From Candidatus Cloacimonadales bacterium (GTDB lineage: Bacteria > Cloacimonadota > Cloacimonadia > Cloacimonadales > JAFGVF01): a stretch of DNA of 64,000 nucleotides. The notes under the pieces are model-generated. The model was not told the DNA's origin. It saw nothing but the letters and a program-made list of their open reading frames with translations, and searched no databases. Numbering within the stretch: the stretch's first letter is position 1; every line of letters starts with the position of its first letter. Both the position numbers and the translations under genes were made by a program. Positions 16,004-26,275 of the stretch are shown here, one piece after another. The stretch lies in the NCBI GenBank assembly GCA_963692475.1, contig OY829950.1, positions 1,940,554 through 2,004,553 on the forward strand. Direction: 5' to 3'.

Positions 16004-18784
16004 ATGCCTAATTTTAAATTTGTAGATTTCTCATGTAATCTCTTACAGTTTAGTAATTTAACTCAGATTAAAGAAGCTTGTTTAGTAATTTATCCAACCC
16101 AAAATAATGCAAATCTGGCTCAAATGCATAGTCAGAATAGCTGGAGTTTTGAGAATATTTTATTTTTAGCTTTAGAAGATTTTGCAGATATGGTCTTACC
16201 TTGTAATCATAGCATTTTAGAAGATGACAAACGCGTTGTAGCTCTTTACCTCCTAATGACAGATGAGGAAAAGACTTTTTTTAAAGTAACTGATTTCTTT
16301 GATTTTATCAAATTAGCCAATAAAATCTTTACTCTCTTTGATGAGTTAGCAGTTGAGTTAATTGATTTCTCCTCTGTGTTTCAACTGCTTGAAGACGCTA
16401 ATTTAATCCCTTTCACATGGCAAAAAGATTACTATGAGAAAATTCTTCAGCTTTTAGCAAGATATCAAGAATGGTTAGCAGAGAATTTTATAGAAGACAA
16501 GATATTTCTAAAAAAAGAAGAGAATATTAACTTAGAATACTTTGCAGATTACTCTCATGTTTTTGTAGTTAATCAATTTTATTACACTGCTTTAGAAAGA
16601 GCTTTTATCGAACAAATGGAAAAAAGTGGTAAAGATGTAACTTTAGTATATCAGCTTCCTGAAGAGTTTGTAGATAAAACAACTTTTAACGCTCAGCCTT
16701 TTAAATATGAAGATTTAAGAAAACTAAATAAGCAAGAACCTGAATTGGAGTTAATAATAGATAGAAATAGATTCACTATGATGAACTCCTTATGTAGATT
16801 AATTACAGATAAAGAAATCACCCAAGTCATTGACAGAGATTTCTACAAAACTCCTTATGCTAAATTATTATCACGTAATTCTTTTAATGTAAAATATGAT
16901 AAGCCTATAATTAATTCTGAACTTTATCATTTCTTGGATATTATTAAACTTCTATTAGAATCATTAGAATTTTTTAACAAACAGTACTTTCTCCCCATTC
17001 ATATTCTTATCAGAGCCTTTCACAACAGTGGTTTCATTAACTATTTTCAAATCCCTAACTCCTCTATTTTATTAGAAGAACTGTACTCCCACCGTAACAA
17101 AGGCCTTCTCTACTGCGATATAAAGGGAAGTATAGGAAAGGAAGACATTTCTGAATCCTTAAAAAGAGCCATAGAGAAGATTCTATCTCTAATTAAGGCA
17201 ATTACTGAAATTAATTCTATTTCCTCTCTAATAGCTCTTTTTGACACCGAGAATGGTATCATTTTGGATAGGCTTACTTCTTCTGAAGATTTGCAATACA
17301 GCAACATTAAAGAGCTTGTTTATACTGAATTAGCCAATCTTCAATCCTTTACACATCACAAGCTTATTGATAAATGGAGTCGTCTCTCTGCTAAGGCTGA
17401 ATACCTGATAATTTACAAGCTTTTTATGGATGGCTTAAAATCGAAGACAATCAAGTACACGCAAAAAGATTCTCCGAGTTCGCTAAGGGTTAATTCTTTG
17501 CTTGATAGCCGTAACAATCGTTATGATTCCATAGTCTTTCTCAATATGCTTGAAGGAGTCTTGCCAACTGCTCGAACAAGTCAATTCCTCTTCAATGAAA
17601 GACAGCGAGAGATTCTCACCTTAAAGACTTATGAAGATATTCGTCTTAGAGAAAAGTACTATTTCCAACGCTTAGTTCTTTCTGCCAAGCATTGTTATTT
17701 TCTTGGTTTTGAGAATCTTGAACAAGACACTTCACTTTCTTCTTTCTTGGAAGAATTGCCTTTAATCAAGCCAGATAGAGACTTGAGACAGGCGGATAGA
17801 GGCTATGGTCAATTATTTAGTAAGAGTAAGAGTAAGAGTAAGATTGAGAATAGGGAATCATTGACTTTAAGTGATGATTTTTGGAGTGTTAAGTTATCTC
17901 CTTTTGAGCTTTCAAGAAATAGTTCAACAATGAAGCTTTCTTATACTCGACTAAAATCCCTAATTGATAATCCTCTTTACTATTTAATTCATGATTGGGC
18001 GAAAGTTTCGGAAAGAGAGATTTTATCAGACCCAAGCCTTGATTATCGTTTTGTTGGTATCTTTGCTCAAAACTATATTAATCATATAATTGCCAGAATA
18101 AAGGAGACTTTTATTAATCAGCAAGTCTTTTATAAGTTTCAATTTATGGATAGAAAAAGGCTGTCTGAAATCTATGATTCCTTTTTATTAACTTACCAAG
18201 ACAAAGATTATTATATTCCTCATAATTATTCTTATACTTTCTTGGAGAAAATCCTTAAAATTGCTTTAGTAGAAGGAATGAGTAGCTTCTTTTATAATAT
18301 AATGCACTCTAAGTTAAAGTTGTCGGAGAAGAAGTTGGACTTGATTCCAGAAGAGGGATATAGTCCTAATAAAAAGCAGAAATACAAAAGCTTCATTAGC
18401 GAATCTGAAAACAACTATAAACTTGGCATTGCTGTAACTGGGGATGCAGATTTAAGAGTGGAAAATCAAGAAGATGATAGTAAAGTTGTGATTGATTTCA
18501 AGACTGGTCGTTCCTCTCTGGATCAATTAGCTCTCTATCAATACATCTACTATTGGGATGATATAGAGGCAGGAAAGGAAGTGAAGGCTGGAATCTTCCA
18601 AATCATCAATCAGGAATGGAAAGCTCCGAAAGATGATGCTAATAAAACTATTTTGAAGTTAAAGAACAAGATTATTGAAGTTTTGAATGAAGTAGCCGAC
18701 ACAGGTTTCACTCTACCCAAGAATAAAACAGAAGCCAATAAATATGAAAAAATCACCAGATCAGATTTAGCATTAAGGAGATAA
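16004..18784 (+). CDS. addB: AddB/RexB-like subunit: inactivated helicase-like N-region plus C-terminal PD-(D/E)XK nuclease
   Basis: AGGAGG RBS, 926 aa. C-terminal GDADLRVENQEDDSKVVIDFKTGRS fits the AddB nuclease motif (D...(D/E)xK). No Walker A, and no Cys in the last ~300 aa. Its stop is 2 nt before the addA-like start. Confidence 0.7.
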   Translation: MPNFKFVDFSCNLLQFSNLTQIKEACLVIYPTQNNANLAQMHSQNSWSFENILFLALEDFADMVLPCNHSILEDDKRVVALYLLMTDEEKTFFKVTDFFDFIKLANKIFTLFDELAVELIDFSSVFQLLEDANLIPFTWQKDYYEKILQLLARYQEWLAENFIEDKIFLKKEENINLEYFADYSHVFVVNQFYYTALERAFIEQMEKSGKDVTLVYQLPEEFVDKTTFNAQPFKYEDLRKLNKQEPELELIIDRNRFTMMNSLCRLITDKEITQVIDRDFYKTPYAKLLSRNSFNVKYDKPIINSELYHFLDIIKLLLESLEFFNKQYFLPIHILIRAFHNSGFINYFQIPNSSILLEELYSHRNKGLLYCDIKGSIGKEDISESLKRAIEKILSLIKAITEINSISSLIALFDTENGIILDRLTSSEDLQYSNIKELVYTELANLQSFTHHKLIDKWSRLSAKAEYLIIYKLFMDGLKSKTIKYTQKDSPSSLRVNSLLDSRNNRYDSIVFLNMLEGVLPTARTSQFLFNERQREILTLKTYEDIRLREKYYFQRLVLSAKHCYFLGFENLEQDTSLSSFLEELPLIKPDRDLRQADRGYGQLFSKSKSKSKIENRESLTLSDDFWSVKLSPFELSRNSSTMKLSYTRLKSLIDNPLYYLIHDWAKVSEREILSDPSLDYRFVGIFAQNYINHIIARIKETFINQQVFYKFQFMDRKRLSEIYDSFLLTYQDKDYYIPHNYSYTFLEKILKIALVEGMSSFFYNIMHSKLKLSEKKLDLIPEEGYSPNKKQKYKSFISESENNYKLGIAVTGDADLRVENQEDDSKVVIDFKTGRSSLDQLALYQYIYYWDDIEAGKEVKAGIFQIINQEWKAPKDDANKTILKLKNKIIEVLNEVADTGFTLPKNKTEANKYEKITRSDLALRR

Positions 18785-18786
18785 GC

Positions 18787-21700
18787 ATGGATAATACATT
18801 AAAAAAAGTAATCATGGCATCGGCAGGAACAGGCAAGACTTATCGTTTATCCCTTGAATTCATCTCTATATTACTTAAATATAAAGACTATCCCGACTTT
18901 AATTTTAGCCAAATAGTTGTAATGACTTTTACTCGTAAAGCAACTGCTGAAATTAGAGAGAAGATACTTGATTTCTTGCAAGAACTCGCTAATGATGGTA
19001 AAGAATCAGTCCAAATAATCGGTAATCTTGAGAAAATTAGTGCTTATAAATGGCAAAGTAAGGACAGAGATTATATCAAAACTAAACTTCTGCCTGAAAT
19101 TCTGCAAAGAAAAGACTTACTTCAAGTCTCGACCATTGATTCATTCACGACAAATATCTTTAAAAGTATGATTGCCCCTTACTTACGCATCAAAGAGTTC
19201 TCTATTGATAATAATTCTAACGATGAAATTATGCCTTTGCTTCTTGACTTCATCTTTTCACAGCAAATATTCCCTACTTTTGAGCCTCTTCTTAAGCGAC
19301 TAAATATCAGAACTGTTGAAGATATTCAAGGTTTTATCAAGTCACTAATAAATAATCGTTGGGTTTTAGACTATTATGATAATGATAATATGGAAGGATT
19401 TTTTACTAAATATATGAATTTAGATAAGCCTATGATTGAAGATGTTAAAAAGCATCTTTGGGATGACTTTAAGGCTAACTATCTTGCTCTGGTAGAAGAG
19501 TATAATGAAAGTGTCTATGAGCCTCAAGATAAGCCTTGGCATAAACTTTTAATAGCAGATTACAAGGCAATAGTAGAGCTTGATGAAAATGATAAACTTA
19601 ACATTGTTCAAGTATTTGAAGCTATTCTGGCTAATCCTGATGAAGTCATTCGTAATATAAAAACATTCTTTGACAAGCCACTTCCTTTCTCTAAAACTGG
19701 CAAAAAAGTCTATAAAGAAATTACCCTTGACTTAGAACCCCACTTTACTCAAGCCCTTACTACTTTGCTTGATTACTATCTGTTTTCGGAGATAATTCCT
19801 CTGCAAAAGGAAGTTTTAACAGGCTGGGAAGCACTCTGTAATCACTATGACAAACTCAAGTTTTCTCTGGGTAAATTCACTTATAACGACATTACTTTCT
19901 ATACTTACAAATACCTTTATGAAGAGTCTTTATCGCTTATTGACAGAGAGAAAGGAATCGTTACAAATCTCTTCTATGAACAGTTAGTAAGTCGCATTGC
20001 TTTCTTGCTGATTGATGAATTTCAGGACACTTCTTTTAATCAATTTTCCATTCTGTTTCCTATCATAACAGAACTAATTAGTGGCTATGCTGTCAAAGAT
20101 TATTCTGGTGTGATTATTGTTGGCGACCCTAAGCAGTCTATTTATTCTTGGCGGGGTGGCGAAAGGGGAATAATGGAGATTATGCCTAAGATTTTAGATG
20201 ATACAAAAGCAGAAGATTTAAGTCAGTGTTATCGTTCTTCGCGTCCAGTTATCGATATGGTGAATAGGATTTTTACCAATCAAGTCTATAAGAATCCCAC
20301 AAGCCAAGAGAAAATTGAGTGGAATTATTCTCCTGTAAGAGCTAAAAACTGGTCTGCCGATAATAATTGCTATAATGAAGAGAAGGAAGAGGGTGGCGAA
20401 CTTTTCTACTGGGAATATAATAGTTATTCTGCTAATAAAAAAGCTTCTGATGAAGAAGATGATGATAAAAAGAATGATGATAACTTAAAGAGCTATGAAG
20501 TCTTTGCTCAAGAGATTAATAGTCTTCATCAAGCAGGGAAAATCCACTGGAGTGAAACTGCTATCTTAGTTCGGACTCATAAAAATGCTGATGGTATTGC
20601 AAACACACTAAATAAGCTTGGTATTCCTAATAATATTGAATCTTCCGGCAAACTCTTAGAACATAAAGCTGTGGAAGTCTTGCTCTCAATTCTTAAATTC
20701 AGACTCCTAGAAGATAGATTCTCCTTACTGCAAATTCTTCGTTCAGGCCTTGTGCTTAGCGATGGAAATACCCTTGCTGAAATGCTTAAAATTATCCATG
20801 ACAATAAAGCAGATGATGGCAATGAAAAGCTAATGACAGAACTTAGTAACTTCCCGGAATGCCAAAAACTCTTCACTCTTATGAATCAAAACTATTCATC
20901 ACAAGCTCACTTTATCACAGAAACTCTTACCCACTATGACTTTAGTAGAATTTGTCAAAATGAAATTGATTGGAAAAATATCTACACTTTCTTAGAATTT
21001 CTTATCAACTTTGAACTTGCTGAAGTAAAGACAAAAACTTTCGACCTCTATGGTTTTATGGAATATTGCCAAGAACAAGTCAAGACTGATAGCGAGATTC
21101 TCCAAGAAGGACTCCAATTAGAAGATTCTATCTCCATTCTCACAGTTCATAAATCTAAAGGACTCGGCTTCAAGCATGTTTTCCTCTATTGGGATTTAAC
21201 AAATAAAAAAGCACCTAATAAGGGTGATGAATTTAAGCTTGCCTACTCTTTTACAGAGAATTATTCAGGCTTGAAGGATTTTGTTATCTATTCCTCGGCA
21301 ATGGATGAAAAAGTGCTGAAAAACTCAAGTGAGAATAAATTAATGCAGAATAATGTTAATCGGGAAATTATTGAAGCTATTGATGTATTTTATGTCGCTC
21401 TTACTCGGGCAGAACATTCGCTTGGACTCTTCATTAACTATTCTAAGAAAGATGGTTTTATGGCACATATCGATTCTCTAAAAGATGAAACAGCGATTAT
21501 CAGTCAACTTGTTATAGCCTATAAAGACTTCTTTAGGGAAAATGAAGGGGAAAATTTAAGTAGAGAGAATCTTGCTTATTTCCACTACTTCAAAGCAGGC
21601 AAGCAAGAGAAAATAGAGGCTAAGTCTGATGAAAATGATTCTAACCCAGAAGAAGTCAACTATTTGCAGAAATACCTAACAGACTATTCCCAACCAATAT

Positions 21701-22200
21701 TGGAAGAGAATAAGCCTCTGGAAAATATGAAGAAAGTTTATCTTGAAGATAGACACCAACTCTTTGGTAACGCTGCCCACGAATTTCTGACTTATGTTAA
21801 ATATAAGGATGATTGCCTCACAACTTCTTTCAGTATGGTATATCGTAAATTCGGAAGCCTTCTCTCACACCTTAGTATTATTGCTGTATTCCACGCTTGT
21901 ATAGGTTTCATTAAAACTAATAAAGAGATATTTTCACCTGAATGGGATAAAGTCTTCAATGAAAAGACTGTTTTTGATAATGGTAAAGAGTATCGTATCG
22001 ATAGAATGATGATTAATACTAAAAGAAAAGAAGTGATGATTATTGATTATAAGACGGGTGGTATTCACAATAAAGAACAGGTAAATCACTATGTTGAGAT
22101 TATTAAGAAGCTTCCCTTTGTGAAAGATAATGGCTATAAAGTTAGTGGTAAATTCATAGAAGTAAAAGTCCCTGCTGAAGGAGTTGAGATTGATGAATGA
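18787..22200 (+). CDS. addA: AddA/RecB-like UvrD-family helicase with C-terminal PD-(D/E)XK nuclease
   Basis: SF1 motifs ASAGTGKT (I), LLIDEFQDTS (II), VGDPKQSIYSWRGG (III), TVHKSKGLGF (V), FYVALTRAEHSL (VI). Nuclease motif GNAAHEFL ... RIDRMMIN...VMIIDYKTGG. Confidence 0.85.
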   Translation: MDNTLKKVIMASAGTGKTYRLSLEFISILLKYKDYPDFNFSQIVVMTFTRKATAEIREKILDFLQELANDGKESVQIIGNLEKISAYKWQSKDRDYIKTKLLPEILQRKDLLQVSTIDSFTTNIFKSMIAPYLRIKEFSIDNNSNDEIMPLLLDFIFSQQIFPTFEPLLKRLNIRTVEDIQGFIKSLINNRWVLDYYDNDNMEGFFTKYMNLDKPMIEDVKKHLWDDFKANYLALVEEYNESVYEPQDKPWHKLLIADYKAIVELDENDKLNIVQVFEAILANPDEVIRNIKTFFDKPLPFSKTGKKVYKEITLDLEPHFTQALTTLLDYYLFSEIIPLQKEVLTGWEALCNHYDKLKFSLGKFTYNDITFYTYKYLYEESLSLIDREKGIVTNLFYEQLVSRIAFLLIDEFQDTSFNQFSILFPIITELISGYAVKDYSGVIIVGDPKQSIYSWRGGERGIMEIMPKILDDTKAEDLSQCYRSSRPVIDMVNRIFTNQVYKNPTSQEKIEWNYSPVRAKNWSADNNCYNEEKEEGGELFYWEYNSYSANKKASDEEDDDKKNDDNLKSYEVFAQEINSLHQAGKIHWSETAILVRTHKNADGIANTLNKLGIPNNIESSGKLLEHKAVEVLLSILKFRLLEDRFSLLQILRSGLVLSDGNTLAEMLKIIHDNKADDGNEKLMTELSNFPECQKLFTLMNQNYSSQAHFITETLTHYDFSRICQNEIDWKNIYTFLEFLINFELAEVKTKTFDLYGFMEYCQEQVKTDSEILQEGLQLEDSISILTVHKSKGLGFKHVFLYWDLTNKKAPNKGDEFKLAYSFTENYSGLKDFVIYSSAMDEKVLKNSSENKLMQNNVNREIIEAIDVFYVALTRAEHSLGLFINYSKKDGFMAHIDSLKDETAIISQLVIAYKDFFRENEGENLSRENLAYFHYFKAGKQEKIEAKSDENDSNPEEVNYLQKYLTDYSQPILEENKPLENMKKVYLEDRHQLFGNAAHEFLTYVKYKDDCLTTSFSMVYRKFGSLLSHLSIIAVFHACIGFIKTNKEIFSPEWDKVFNEKTVFDNGKEYRIDRMMINTKRKEVMIIDYKTGGIHNKEQVNHYVEIIKKLPFVKDNGYKVSGKFIEVKVPAEGVEIDE

Positions 22201-22465
22201 AGAGAGAAAGATGGATTTAGCCACCGAAACCACCGAAAACACTGAAAAGAAAAAGAGCTTTCACACGAATTAACTCGAATTAATCCGAATTTCACAAATA
22301 AGATGAAGAAAGAAGGAAATCTATCCAGATGTCTTCGCTAATACATTCTCAGAAGCTGTAGCGAAGTATGATGGCAACGAAGATGACTGGGTGTTAGATA
22401 TGTTGTGGCTGATTGTGTGTCGTCCCATATAAGTGGACTAGTAAATATTAAACTAGGAGCAAGAC

Positions 22466-22888
22466 ATGTTAAAGAAAAAAAGTACGGTACCGAAAATGCA
22501 AAGAATCTACAGTGAAACCTTTAAAATGAAAATTGTTGACGAGATTGAGCAAGGAGATTTAACTCAAGCTGAATCTAGTAGAATATATAATGTTTCAGAA
22601 AGTACCATAAGTAGATGGTTAGCGAGTTATGGAATGAACGACAAAATAGGGAAAAAGGTGATGATTATGACAGAACGTGAAACTAGAGAAGCAGACCTTT
22701 TAAAAAAGGAAAATAAGCAGTTAAAACGGGCTTTAGAGGATAGTCAGTTCTCAAACGAAATACTAGAAAAGTATATTAAGTTTATGGCTGAAGAGAAGGG
22801 TATTGATTTAAAAAAAAACATAAATTCAGGTTTCTCGAAAGAGTCTCAAAAGATCTTAGTATCAAGGCTTTTAAAAGATCAGGAATAA
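22466..22888 (+). CDS. IS3 transposase OrfA (HTH)
   Basis: 140 aa, identical to copy 1 except V/I in SEST(V/I)SRWL. Confidence 0.9.
   Translation: MLKKKSTVPKMQRIYSETFKMKIVDEIEQGDLTQAESSRIYNVSESTISRWLASYGMNDKIGKKVMIMTERETREADLLKKENKQLKRALEDSQFSNEILEKYIKFMAEEKGIDLKKNINSGFSKESQKILVSRLLKDQE
22810..22818 (+). other. Programmed -1 frameshift site candidate (A9)
   Basis: orfB is in the -1 frame relative to orfA. The orfB frame is closed by TGA at 22804-22806 and opens at 22807, immediately before the A9 run. A slip would give ...GIDLKKKHKFRFLERVSKDLSIKAFKRSGIKHMCSILNVSKSGYY... Confidence 0.6.
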
Positions 22889-22893
22889 AACAT

Positions 22894-23679
22894 ATGTGTT
22901 CAATATTAAATGTTTCAAAGTCAGGTTACTATAAATATCTTCAAAGTGCCTTCCACATCGCTCATAATGACTTCCAGTGTCTCTCCAAAGTGAAACAGTA
23001 CAAAGAAACACAGCCTTATGTTGGCACTGTTAAATTATGGAAAATGCTGGAGAATGATGGTCTGAAGATTGGAAAAAAGCACCTTAATGACCTTCTTAAA
23101 GACCAAAATATGTTAATAAGGAAAAAGAAAAAGTTTTGCAAAACTTCAATATCAGATGGTAGTAAAGTATATCCTAATTTAATTAAAAATATGATAGTAG
23201 AGAGAAAAAATCAAGTATGGGTAACTGATATTACCTATATTTCTAAAGACAAAGGATTTTACTATTTGTTTTTGCTAAGTGATATGCATACCAGACAGAT
23301 ATTGGATTATGAAGTTTCCTCTAATATGCTGACTAATAATCATATAAAGATGTTAAAAAGACAGCTAAAACATGTTAATAATACTAACGATCTTATTCAC
23401 CACTCAGATCATGGTTCTCAATATACAAGTAATGAGACTATTAACCTTCTGAAACAGCATGGTATAAAGATTAGTATGACTGGTGATGGCAAATGCTATG
23501 ACAACCCTATTGCTGAAAGGATAAATTGTACAATGAAGCATGAATTTGGATTAAAACGGACATTTAGCACTATGGAAAGTCTTAAAAAAGCTACTAAAGA
23601 TGCAGTAATGATCTATAACTCTCAGAGACTTCACAAAAGTTTAGGGTATTTTACTCCAAATGATTTTGCAAATCATTAA
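22894..23679 (+). CDS. IS3 transposase OrfB (DDE integrase core)
   Basis: 261 aa, one aa different from copy 1 (NDFQCL vs NDLQCL). Probably expressed as an OrfAB fusion. Confidence 0.9.
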   Translation: MCSILNVSKSGYYKYLQSAFHIAHNDFQCLSKVKQYKETQPYVGTVKLWKMLENDGLKIGKKHLNDLLKDQNMLIRKKKKFCKTSISDGSKVYPNLIKNMIVERKNQVWVTDITYISKDKGFYYLFLLSDMHTRQILDYEVSSNMLTNNHIKMLKRQLKHVNNTNDLIHHSDHGSQYTSNETINLLKQHGIKISMTGDGKCYDNPIAERINCTMKHEFGLKRTFSTMESLKKATKDAVMIYNSQRLHKSLGYFTPNDFANH

Positions 23680-23954
23680 AAGAGGTTACCAGATGATGAA
23701 CAGATACACAGCTGAATGTATTTTCTTTTGAAAAATGCGAATAAATTACGAATGCAAAATGGAGTCGACAACAGAACTCAAAAGTATGAGTAAATGTCTC
23801 ATTTTTCAAAAGAGATACATGACTCAGGAGACATAAAAAAAGATGTCCACTATATTGGTACTTGACATTGCCTCTTATGTAGGACGGTAGAGATTGACTC
23901 TCCAATAAAGTTCTACTACACTATCTTGGTTAAAATATCCCTCTCAAGGTCTGT

Positions 23955-23985
23955 ACAAAAGGGTTCCGTAAGGAACCCTTTTACT
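23955..23985 (-). terminator. Rho-independent terminator of eno
   Basis: AAAA-GGGTTCC-GTAA-GGAACCC-TTTT (23957-23982), 20 nt downstream of the eno stop on the minus strand. Confidence 0.8.
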
Positions 23986-24002
23986 ATATATCTCTTTAGT
24001 TA

Positions 24003-25301
<1,299 letters not shown>

Positions 25302-25315
25302 TTATCTAAATTGTG

Positions 25316-26263
25316 TTATTGATTAACACCAAAAATCTCTTTCATTGTTTTTACAGAACCCAGCATTGCTGTTGCTTCATAAGGAATAACAACAGTCTTA
25401 TCACCTTGTTTAACAATATTTTGAAATGCCTCAATATATTTTAAGGCTATCTGATATTGAGCAGGGTCCATAGAAGTTTGTTTCATTGCTTGAGCAATTA
25501 AATCAATTGATTTCTTTTCAGCTTCAGCAACTAATAATCTTGCTTCGGCTTTACCTTCAGCTTCTAAAACTTTTGATTTTTTACTACCTTCGGCAACCAT
25601 AATTGCTGATTCTCTTTCACCATCTGCTTGCAAAATTTTAGCTCTTCTATCTCTTTCAGCTCTCATTTGCTTTTCCATGGCAGCTTTGATTTCTTGTGGT
25701 GGGTCAATATCTTGTAATTCTACACGATTTACTTTTACACCCCATTTATCAGTAGCTTCATCAAGAATCAAACGAAGCTTAGTATTTACAGTGTCTCGTG
25801 ATGTCAAGGTTTTATCTAAATCAAGCTCACCAATAACATTACGAAGAGTAGTTTGAGTTAATTTTTCAATAGCTTGAGGTAAGTTTCTAATTTCATAAGT
25901 AGCCTTATAGGGATCAGTGATTTGAAAATATAAAAGTGCATTAATATTGATTGTTACATTATCACTAGTAATAACATTTTGACGAGGAAAATCATAAACC
26001 GCTTCTCTAAGATCAATTCTGTGCTCTGTTATCTCAGAAATATAACTTGTTCCTTTAAAATCGGTTTTTATATGTCGCCAAGTAATCGGTCTCTTTTGAT
26101 CCAATATAGGGACTATAAGGTGAAGTCCACTTTGCAGAGTTCTGCTATAAGAACCTAATCTTTCTATAATTACTACTTCAGCTTGCCTGACAACAATAAC
26201 ACCTTTGGCAATGATGATGATTAATAATACAACAATAACAATTACAGCAATTAATGCTTCCAT
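25316..26263 (-). CDS. SPFH/band-7 (stomatin-like) membrane protein
   Basis: N-terminal TM, SPFH core (ITSDNVTININALLYFQI, RNVIGELDLD) and a C-terminal coiled coil. Paired with an upstream NfeD-like gene. Confidence 0.85.
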   Translation of the reverse strand: MEALIAVIVIVVLLIIIIAKGVIVVRQAEVVIIERLGSYSRTLQSGLHLIVPILDQKRPITWRHIKTDFKGTSYISEITEHRIDLREAVYDFPRQNVITSDNVTININALLYFQITDPYKATYEIRNLPQAIEKLTQTTLRNVIGELDLDKTLTSRDTVNTKLRLILDEATDKWGVKVNRVELQDIDPPQEIKAAMEKQMRAERDRRAKILQADGERESAIMVAEGSKKSKVLEAEGKAEARLLVAEAEKKSIDLIAQAMKQTSMDPAQYQIALKYIEAFQNIVKQGDKTVVIPYEATAMLGSVKTMKEIFGVNQ

Positions 26264-26275
26264 TCTGTACCACCT

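Larger units (their letters stand above)
22416..23867 (+). mobile_element. IS3-family insertion sequence, copy 2 (1452 bp), inverted relative to copy 1
   Basis: TGTGTCGTCCCATATAAGTGGAC... to ...GTCCACTATATTGGTACTTGACA. 3-bp direct repeat TTG at 22413-22415 and 23868-23870. Differs from copy 1 by a handful of substitutions and one A in a homopolymer. Confidence 0.9.

Noticed and set aside
20577-20876. Antisense ORFs inside long genes. Examples: 5199-5381, 5650-5832, 7311-7505, 11438-11632, 14945-15157, 17110-17307, 20577-20876, 21934-22242, 25120-25326, 26919-27173, 27775-28005, 30084-30281, 33173-33373, 33658-33927, 34963-35148, 39391-39597, 42365-42547, 44492-44689, 48421-48609, 50438-50629, 51083-51313, 51881-52063, 54359-54550, 54687-54890, 58806-59015, 59529-59876, 60534-60740, 60873-61061, 62469-62654
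   Set aside because: All are fully or almost fully embedded in well-supported longer genes on the other strand or frame. They lack RBSs and have low-complexity composition.
16004-22200. Novel two-gene phage-defence system (nuclease + UvrD-like helicase) on a mobile island
   Set aside because: The motif content, gene order (B then A), sizes and dual RecB-type nuclease motifs match AddAB/RexAB. There are no extra effector or sensor domains.
13918-23867. Composite transposon carrying addAB
   Set aside because: Each IS3 copy has its own matching 3-bp TSD (GAT/GAT, TTG/TTG), and the outer flanks do not match each other.
23651-23905. 84-aa ORF on the minus strand
   Set aside because: It starts outside IS3 copy 2 and runs into its non-coding tail. 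The equivalent ORF is not maintained at copy 1. It has no RBS, and its Cys/Phe/Ser-rich composition is typical of antisense AT-rich sequence.
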